Below are positions 25,434 to 31,536 of a stretch of DNA of 31,536 bases, one piece after another. Source of the DNA: Myxococcales bacterium (GTDB lineage: Bacteria > Myxococcota_A > UBA9042). The stretch lies in contig JBBISH010000080.1 in assembly GCA_037441385.1 (NCBI GenBank), positions 1 to 31,536 of the forward strand, given 5' to 3'. Each line of letters starts with the position of its first letter. Within the stretch, counting starts at the first letter, position 1. Under the pieces are notes generated by a model that was not told the DNA's origin, made no database searches, and saw only the letters and a program-made list of their open reading frames with translations. The position numbers were made by a program, and so were the translations under genes.

Positions 25434-26474
25434 TCAAACACAAAACTCCGCCAAAACCTCCCCCACCCGCAACTCCCGATTCCCCAAAACCTCCCGCACC
25501 CGCGCCACCCCGCGCCGCAACAACTTCCCAGCGCTCACCGGCACCGCCGCCAGCGCATCCTCGATCGCCCCAGGATGCTGCTCGGCCAAGACCGCCAGCA
25601 GCACCGTGGCCTGCCGCACCTCTGTGTGCGAGCCGCCCCGCAACTCCGCCACCAGCAGCTTGTGCACCGCAAAGCGCTCGGGCGCCGGCACCCGCACTTG
25701 GCAGCAGCCGTCGCGGGCCAGCAGCAGCCCCGAGTGCGTTTCGCCAAGCAGATACCGTAGATACGGCAAGGCTTGCGCGTGTGCCTGCAGCTCGGGCACG
25801 GCCACGATGCCAAACGTGTCGTCGGGCGACGGCACTAGCAGATCCACCTGAAAGCGGCTGCGGCCTTGCTCTTTCCAACTCGTCGCCGGCTGGCGCGCGT
25901 CCAGGCCAGGCACTTCCACGAACGCAATCCCTGGCGCCCCGAGCATTTCGAGCAAGCTTTGGCGCGGCGGCTCGGCAAAGGCCAGGGCGCCCTGCCGGGC
26001 CACATCGACGTCTTCGGTCGCGTACCCTGCGGCGCGGGCCCCCAGTTGGTTCAAGAGCACCCCAAAAGCGTGCGAGCCGATGAGCACCGCCCCGGCTCGG
26101 AACACCCCGTGGTTGTGCAGGCTTGCCAGCGCCGCAAACGCCCGCGGATCGGCCAGTTGATAGCCCTCGCGACCCAGCAGGCGCAGGTCTTGGGCGGTCG
26201 TCCTGGCCTCCTCCATCCGCAGCCGGAGCTGCTCGGCGGCCTGGTCGGCCACGGCGTCGCCCACCGGCCCGGCCACGTACTGCTCGCGCTTCTTGCTGTC
26301 GGCATCGTAGAATTGCCTGGCATAGAAGCGGAACCCCGCCGCGTTCTCGCGTTGCAGCAGCGAGCCGGGCGTGCCGATGAGCACCTCGCCCTGGGCCGCG
26401 GCGTGATTGGCCAGGTCGCCGTACAGCACGGTCAGCGGCCGCGGGTGCAGGGTGTACAGGGGTCGGCCGTTCAT
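25434..26474 (-). CDS. GSU2403-like nucleotidyltransferase-fold protein
   Basis: Likely start MNGRPLY at 26474. LIGSHAF, ATEDVDVA, VDLLVP and PERFAVHKL motifs. Confidence 0.75.
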   Translation of the reverse strand: MNGRPLYTLHPRPLTVLYGDLANHAAAQGEVLIGTPGSLLQRENAAGFRFYARQFYDADSKKREQYVAGPVGDAVADQAAEQLRLRMEEARTTAQDLRLLGREGYQLADPRAFAALASLHNHGVFRAGAVLIGSHAFGVLLNQLGARAAGYATEDVDVARQGALAFAEPPRQSLLEMLGAPGIAFVEVPGLDARQPATSWKEQGRSRFQVDLLVPSPDDTFGIVAVPELQAHAQALPYLRYLLGETHSGLLLARDGCCQVRVPAPERFAVHKLLVAELRGGSHTEVRQATVLLAVLAEQHPGAIEDALAAVPVSAGKLLRRGVARVREVLGNRELRVGEVLAEFCV

Positions 26475-26523
26475 GGGAGCCTTTGCGGCGGTCGCGCCTG
26501 GCGGAATTCTGGCGATTTCCCGA

Positions 26524-26554
26524 GTATCCGTCAACCCGCCAACCTGACGGATAC
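26524..26554. terminator. 10-bp stem-loop (terminator or element-end hairpin)
   Basis: GTATCCGTCA...TGACGGATAC, repeated at 31078-31116. No clear U-tract. Confidence 0.35.
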
Positions 26555-26600
26555 AGCCCGACGAGCCCGCCAGCCGGTACGGCGGCCCCGGCACGGCGGG

Positions 26601-27156
26601 GGCGACCCAGGAATGAATTCCCGGGCTCGCAGTGACCAACGCCCTCCTCCGAGGGCTGCTCAGGCGCTTCGGTCGGTGCTGGGCAGCACGTCGCGGCTCC
26701 GCTCCCAGTCGGCGTGGACTGTGCCGGTGCTGTGATGCTGCTCCTGGCCCTGCACATAAGCCGCTACATCCTCAAAGTCCGCCGCCGCAAACGTGAACGC
26801 GCCATACCCTCCCTGCCAGCGCAGGGCAACTTGACGGCGGCCCGCTTCGCGGCTCGTGGCGCCCTTCAGGTCCTTGACCACGTCGGCCACGGCCACAGTC
26901 GCCGGCAGATCCATGGCGATATGCACATGGTCTTCAACGCCCCCGACCACTACGATGCCGGCGCCGAGGCTTCGGGCCCGCTGCGCAAGCGCCGGATGCA
27001 GCCACTGGCGCACCTCAAGAGTCAGAATGGGCGCCCGGTCCCACGTGGACCAAACCAAGTGCACGTACAGCTGCTTGAGCGAACGAACCATTCCTTCCTC
27101 AGCCCGCGGAGGCGGGCGTCTTTAACGCGAGCCCGGGAATTCATTCCCGGGTCGCC
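26601..27156 (-). mobile_element. REP-flanked Y1 transposase unit (IS200/IS605 TnpA or TnpA-REP type)
   Basis: 30-bp inverted ends GGCGACCCAGGAATGAATTCCCGGGCTCGC and GCGAGCCCGGGAATTCATTCCCGGGTCGCC (1 mismatch). Each is itself a hairpin, with a second inner hairpin. Confidence 0.75.
26660..27091 (-). CDS. tnpA: IS200/IS605-family Y1 HUH transposase
   Basis: HLVWST, GGVEDHVH (HUH), LKGATS, WQGGYGAF and catalytic Tyr in AAYVQGQEQHH. Confidence 0.9.
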   Translation of the reverse strand: MVRSLKQLYVHLVWSTWDRAPILTLEVRQWLHPALAQRARSLGAGIVVVGGVEDHVHIAMDLPATVAVADVVKDLKGATSREAGRRQVALRWQGGYGAFTFAAADFEDVAAYVQGQEQHHSTGTVHADWERSRDVLPSTDRSA

Positions 27157-27517
27157 ATTTGCGTTTCGCAAACCGCGGTGGCCGTCGCATTGGGTTGGGG
27201 GTGCTGCCTGGCGCTGCTCGTGCCCCTTCGTCCCCGCCCCTCGCCCCTCGCTTCTGGCCCCTGGTATCGCCTTGCCGCTGTGTCGCCTTGCCGCTGGTTC
27301 CGCACGTCGCGGCGCGCTGGAGGCCGTCGCTTCGCTGCTGGCCTCGCCAATCGCTTCTGGTTCTTGTTATCGCCTTGCTGCTGGTTCCAACCATCCCTTC
27401 CGGCACGTGGCGGCCCCTGGTTCAGGCACAGGGACAGGCACAGGTTCAGCGACAGGCTCCGGCGAACGCGCCGTCAGCCCAAAGCCTCTGCCACCGCACC
27501 AAGGTAGTGCGCTGCAT

Positions 27518-28030
27518 TCATGGAGCAAACATGCCCAGCAGCACGACCAACCCCACCTCCCGCTCGCGCGCCCGGCCCACCCGCAGGCAATCCAGGGCGG
27601 CCATCGCTACGTGCAGTTGCGGCTGATCGGCACACGCCTCGGGCACGCTGCGGTACAGCGGCGCCACGGTCGGCCCGTAACTGGGCCCCGGCTCCCAAGG
27701 CCAAACCAACGGCGGGTCGGGCGGCACCAGCGCTGGCACAGCCGCCGCTGCCGTGGGCAGCCCCCGCGATGGCGAGCCATATTCGGCAGGAAAAACATAG
27801 CGAAGGCCGTGCTCGGCGAACTCCAAGAAGTTGTGGGGGTTCGGCCGACGCTGCGCCAGGCTCGCGGCCTCGATGAGTTGCGAATGCTCCAGGCGGGCGA
27901 GCGCCGCGTGGGTCTCCGAGCCCGACACGTGGATGAGTCTTGCCAACTCCGGCAACGTGGCCGCGTGCGCCTGGGTCTTAAGCAGGACCTGCAATCCAAC
28001 CAGGGCCAGGATGTCTTGAGGTTTGAGCAT
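27518..28030 (-). CDS. wHTH antitoxin-like protein (type usually paired with an AbiEii-like nucleotidyltransferase)
   Basis: MLKPQDI, HTH LPELARLIHVSGSETHAAL, EF...HGLRYVFP, PLY.SVP and GRARER. Family association is from recall. Confidence 0.6.
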   Translation of the reverse strand: MLKPQDILALVGLQVLLKTQAHAATLPELARLIHVSGSETHAALARLEHSQLIEAASLAQRRPNPHNFLEFAEHGLRYVFPAEYGSPSRGLPTAAAAVPALVPPDPPLVWPWEPGPSYGPTVAPLYRSVPEACADQPQLHVAMAALDCLRVGRAREREVGLVVLLGMFAP

Positions 28031-28044
28031 CGCCCACTTCGTGT

Positions 28045-28059
28045 TTCGCGATTCGCGAA
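28045..28059. promoter_or_regulatory. Candidate operator palindrome
   Basis: TTCGCGA-T-TCGCGAA, 15 bp upstream of the wHTH gene start. Confidence 0.45.
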
Positions 28060-28219
28060 CAGCGAAATACTAGCGATTTCCTGGTGCTAGGGCAAGTGCG
28101 CCCGCCCAAGACGTCGCCAGCCCCGTGAGCACGCCGGCCGTTGACCGGCGGCGAAGTGGGGCTTGGCAAGCGTGGGCGCGCGTTCACTCGCCGGCCCGTA
28201 CCGGCCGGCCCCCACCACC

Positions 28220-29128
28220 CTACTTCTTCTTGCGGTTGGCTTTCCGCGACTTGTTGGCCATCTTGTTCTTCTTGGCGCGCTTGACCGCCTGACTCGCGGT
28301 GATCCGCTTGACCACGCCCTCACCACTCCCACCAGCCGCCGGTGCTGACCGGCCGCGTTCGCCCTGATTTTCCTCGAAAGCCGCCCACCAGCTTAGCCGC
28401 GCGTGCAGGTCCGCGGGCTCGTAGCGGGCCAGCTCCTGCCGCCATTCCTGCAGCAACTTAGCCCAGTGCTCGGGGCTGTCGGTCAACAAATCCTCAAGAT
28501 CTTCGCCGACCTCTTGTGGGAAGACTACACCGTCGACCACCCACGCGCGGGCCAACTCCGCGTACTCTACAGGGTGCATGGCCAAGAATTCGTAGCTGGC
28601 CTGTTCTAGAAGGTAGTCGTCTTCGCACTGCGGGTCTGGCTCGGAGCGCAGCGTGTCGACCACACAGTCGAGCAGCACTGTTCGTGGCACTCGTCCTTCT
28701 GCCGCCCCATACTGCAGCGCCCGGTAGGCGGCGTCGCGTACCCACTGGCTCACACCGCGATTGGCATACAGCGCCCTGCATTCGTCGAGCCTCGGCCCGC
28801 AGCAGCGGTAGAGAATCTGGCCGAGATCCTCGGTGGCAAGGTCGCCCAGTTGGTCATCGGCGACGCGCGGTGGCAGCGTGCACAGTGCCAGGATGGCGGG
28901 CCAAGCAGTCTCGTCGCGGAGATGGCCGAACAGCGTCAGCGTGTAGAACGAACCCATCCAGTCGTCAAAACGTTCAGGGTCGTCGCGCAGCCCCGCCACC
29001 TGGGTCAAGACGTGGGCGATGAGCAGCGGGCCGACCTCGCCCCACTGGTCTGCGGCGGCTTGCATCGCTTCGCGCTGGTAGTGGCGAATCGGCGAAAACA
29101 GGGCGGAGAAGATGTCTTCGGTCGTCAT
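28220..29128 (-). CDS. DUF1186-like protein with basic C-terminal tail
   Basis: Likely start MTTEDIF. LGDLATEDLGQIL and WVRDAA motifs. Ends KRAKKNKMANKSRKANRKKK. Confidence 0.65.
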   Translation of the reverse strand: MTTEDIFSALFSPIRHYQREAMQAAADQWGEVGPLLIAHVLTQVAGLRDDPERFDDWMGSFYTLTLFGHLRDETAWPAILALCTLPPRVADDQLGDLATEDLGQILYRCCGPRLDECRALYANRGVSQWVRDAAYRALQYGAAEGRVPRTVLLDCVVDTLRSEPDPQCEDDYLLEQASYEFLAMHPVEYAELARAWVVDGVVFPQEVGEDLEDLLTDSPEHWAKLLQEWRQELARYEPADLHARLSWWAAFEENQGERGRSAPAAGGSGEGVVKRITASQAVKRAKKNKMANKSRKANRKKK

Positions 29129-29329
29129 GCGGGGCTCCACTTTGCGGTTGTGCTGTGCTCAGGCCTGTCGATGGGGCGGCGCGACCGGCGTCCACAGCGA
29201 CTCATGCCGATACTGCCACAGACGGCACGTCCAGGGCCAGCGGCACCTGCTGGCTCGATTCGCAGGCCACCGCGGGTGCGTCGCCGCGAGGGGCCAAATC
29301 GGCCGCGCGCTGGGTCACCCAACCGGTGC

Positions 29330-29440
29330 CCGCCCCTGCCGCATCCAGGTACAAGGCGATGGTCACGCCGCCCACGAAGACGGCGTCGACCTGTGCCTCG
29401 ACCAAAGCCGCCGCCCAGCGACGTGGAACGTAACGATTGA
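29330..29440 (-). pseudogene. Fragment of a nucleotidyltransferase-like gene
   Basis: Minus-strand frame reads DAVFVGGVTIALYLDAA, like the N-terminus of NTases partnered with the wHTH family. No continuation. Confidence 0.35.
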
Positions 29441-29501
29441 CCGCCAACCGCCAAGCGCCTAGCCTCGCAGCCAAGACCACGCGGGCCAGCCTGGAGAACG
29501 C

Positions 29502-30407
29502 ATGAATCGCCGAGTTTCCTCCCAGGCGACTGCACTTGCAGCACTGACCGCCTGCCTGGTACTCGGCGCTGCGAGTTGCACTGGGCCTGCCGCAACCCCC
29601 GGCGCGGCCAAGGCTTTCAGCGATGCTTTGCAGGCGGCCGATGCGGCCGACACCGCGCAAGTCGAGGCAGCCACAGACGCCGTTGGCGACACCAGCGCTG
29701 ACGCCAGCCCGCCAAGCTCCGCCGACGCGGTCACCGACCTGCCCAGCTGCGAAGACGCCTGCAGCAAACAAATCGCCGCCGGGTGCCTCAAGGGCGTGGT
29801 GGCCTTCTGCACTGGAACCTGCGGGTTCGTAGTCGACATCGAAGCGCCGTGCAAGGTCGCCATCGACGCAGCGCGGAGCTGCGCCAGCCAGGCGGGGGCC
29901 ACCTGTGCCGGCTGCGAGGCCGCCTTCGCCGCAGCGCTCGCCTGTCAGGCGGAAGAACCAATTCCGTGCGACAAGCCGTTCTGCGGCCTCCACTTCGGCG
30001 CCGATCCGGCCTCGAGCGGCTGCAGCTGCGAGGCTACCTGCGGGTCGGCCGGCGTATCGCTGGAGTGCAATGGCGACGTGTGTACCTGCAAGGTGGCGGG
30101 CAAGGTGCTCGACAGTTTTGCCTCGGCGGGGATCTGCGATGGCTCCAAGGCAGCCTTTGCCAGCCACTGCGCGCCCTTGGCGCCACCGGGACCAGCGCCG
30201 ACCAGTTGCATGATCAACGACGACTGCGGAGCGCTGCAGTGGTGCATCCATGCCAAGTGCAGCGAGCCGGGGCTGTGTTTTTCGCCAAGTGGCAGTGGAG
30301 GTTGCCTGGGCGTTGCGGACAAGCCGGTGTGCGGCTGCGACGGCCAGAAGCACTGCAACCGCACCCAGGCGATCGAGTGGGGCGGCGGGGTCGGCACGTG
30401 TAACTAG
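29502..30407 (+). CDS. Cysteine-rich lipoprotein with Kazal-like C-terminal motif
   Basis: GGAG RBS, lipobox AASC, Asp/Ala-rich linker and KPVCGCDGQKHCN. Confidence 0.7.
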   Translation: MNRRVSSQATALAALTACLVLGAASCTGPAATPGAAKAFSDALQAADAADTAQVEAATDAVGDTSADASPPSSADAVTDLPSCEDACSKQIAAGCLKGVVAFCTGTCGFVVDIEAPCKVAIDAARSCASQAGATCAGCEAAFAAALACQAEEPIPCDKPFCGLHFGADPASSGCSCEATCGSAGVSLECNGDVCTCKVAGKVLDSFASAGICDGSKAAFASHCAPLAPPGPAPTSCMINDDCGALQWCIHAKCSEPGLCFSPSGSGGCLGVADKPVCGCDGQKHCNRTQAIEWGGGVGTCN

Positions 30408-30505
30408 CATCCACCTCGACCATCGCCGCACCCCACGCTTTGACGCCCGCGACCCCGCCCGCTACAGTGCCCTTGGTGCTTGGCGCCGGCCGGCAGGGTT
30501 TCCCG

Positions 30506-30838
30506 ATGCATCTCCCGAACTTCAAAAACGCAGTCGTTGACGAGCACAAGCTCAGCGCCTATGTGCTGAACCACAACCACCCCGAAGGTCGGCACAAGGC
30601 CCGGGTCTTTCAGGCTGCGCTTGGTGTGCACGCGCGCGATGCGCAGTGGCTGGCCCAGGCTTTGCTCGCCGGGCTTGCGACCGCGGAATGTGAAATCGGC
30701 GTTGTGGATAGCTACGGCGCACGGTTCGCCGTCGAGATGGCGATCGTTCGCCAGGGCCGCTCGGCCCGTGTGCGTACAGCCTGGATCGTTCGCGCGGGCG
30801 AAGAAGTGCCGCGCTTGGTCACATGTATTGTCGTCTAG
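30506..30838 (+). CDS. DUF6883-like protein (putative toxin)
   Basis: Likely start MHLPN. KL..YVLN..HPEGRHKARVF...LG, VRTAWIV and PRLVT motifs. Confidence 0.75.
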   Translation: MHLPNFKNAVVDEHKLSAYVLNHNHPEGRHKARVFQAALGVHARDAQWLAQALLAGLATAECEIGVVDSYGARFAVEMAIVRQGRSARVRTAWIVRAGEEVPRLVTCIVV

Positions 30839-30847
30839 GAGGCCCCG

Positions 30848-31057
30848 ATGAAGCTATTCGACGTAGTTGCTCTGACCCACGACCTCCCCGAGCACCAGCT
30901 GCGGGCCGGTCAAGTGGGCACTGCGGTGACCGAATTGGGCGACGGCATGTTCGAGGTCGAGTTTGCCGACCTGGCGGGCCGAACCTATGCGATGGTGCCC
31001 CTGCGCGCGGCGGATGTGCTCGTGCTTCATCATGAACCGGTGCCGCTGGCGGCATAG
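30848..31057 (+). CDS. DUF4926-like protein (putative immunity/antitoxin)
   Basis: AGGAGG RBS. FDVVALTHDLP...LRAGQVGT...FEVEF motif. Confidence 0.8.
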   Translation: MKLFDVVALTHDLPEHQLRAGQVGTAVTELGDGMFEVEFADLAGRTYAMVPLRAADVLVLHHEPVPLAA

Positions 31058-31076
31058 CCAGCCCCCCGACCCGGCC

Positions 31077-31438
31077 AGTATCCGTCAACCCGCCAACCCG
31101 CCAACCTGACGGATACAGCCCCACGAGCACGCCGGCCGGTACTGCGGCCCTGGCACCGCGGGGGCGACCCAGGAATGAATTCCCGGGCTCGCAGTGACCA
31201 ACGCCCTCCTCCGAGGGCTGCTCAAGCGCTTCGGTTGGTGCTGGGCACCAGGTCCCGGCTCCGCTCCCAGTCGGCGTAGACTGTGCCGGTGCCGTGATGC
31301 TGCTCCTGGCCCTGCACATAGGCCGCTACATCCTCCAAGTCCGCGGCCGCAAACGTGAACGCGCCATACCCTCCCTGCCAGCGCAGGGCAACCTGACGGC
31401 GGCCTGCTTCGCGGCTCGTGGCGCCCTTCAGGTCCTTG
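31077..31438 (-). pseudogene. Truncated duplicate of the tnpA 3' half plus its REP end and flank
   Basis: Diverged direct repeat of 26523-26876. Coding remnant 31222-31438 lacks the HUH motif. REP end at 31163-31220. Confidence 0.85.
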
Positions 31439-31507
31439 TAACCGCCCCACCAACCCCATCTTCGCGAGGCGACCCTCGTGCGCCACACTTGGCGCAGGAG
31501 GCACCCC

Positions 31508-31536
31508 ATGCAAGCCATCGAACTCGACTCGCCCGT
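31508..31536 (+). CDS. Start of a gene running off the window (MQAIELDSP...)
   Basis: AGGAGG RBS at 31496-31501 before the ATG. Confidence 0.45.

Noticed and set aside
27240..27465. Short imperfect duplications and hexamer runs (TCGCCTTGCCGCTG, CAGGCA/CAGGGA)
   Set aside because: Low-complexity intergenic sequence with no regular spacers or supported ORF.

Overview
High-GC window, probably from a Myxococcota-like bacterium (inferred from a MYXO-CTERM-like tail, Cys-rich lipoproteins and a sigma-54 promoter). Bases 1-11.1 kb look like core genome: two divergent operons of secreted beta-propeller and di-heme cytochrome c lipoproteins, a Cys-rich lipoprotein and inosine/guanosine kinase (gsk). 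Bases 11.2-31.5 kb are a defence/conflict hotspot. Its most striking feature is a tandem array of modules. Each has a ~200-bp non-coding repeat with compensatory base changes (4 full copies, 2 heads only). Three copies are followed by a covarying palindrome and a minus-strand HTH/DUF3102-like gene, then a different cargo: an MNT-HEPN toxin-antitoxin pair, a DUF262-DUF1524 (GmrSD-like) nuclease, or a TIR-STAND NTPase coupled to a GT4-type glycosyltransferase. Further right are a GSU2403-like nucleotidyltransferase, a REP-flanked Y1/HUH TnpA with a truncated duplicate, an orphan wHTH antitoxin-like gene, a DUF1186-like gene and a DUF6883/DUF4926-like pair. No integrase is visible. All family calls come from motif recognition, not database searches.
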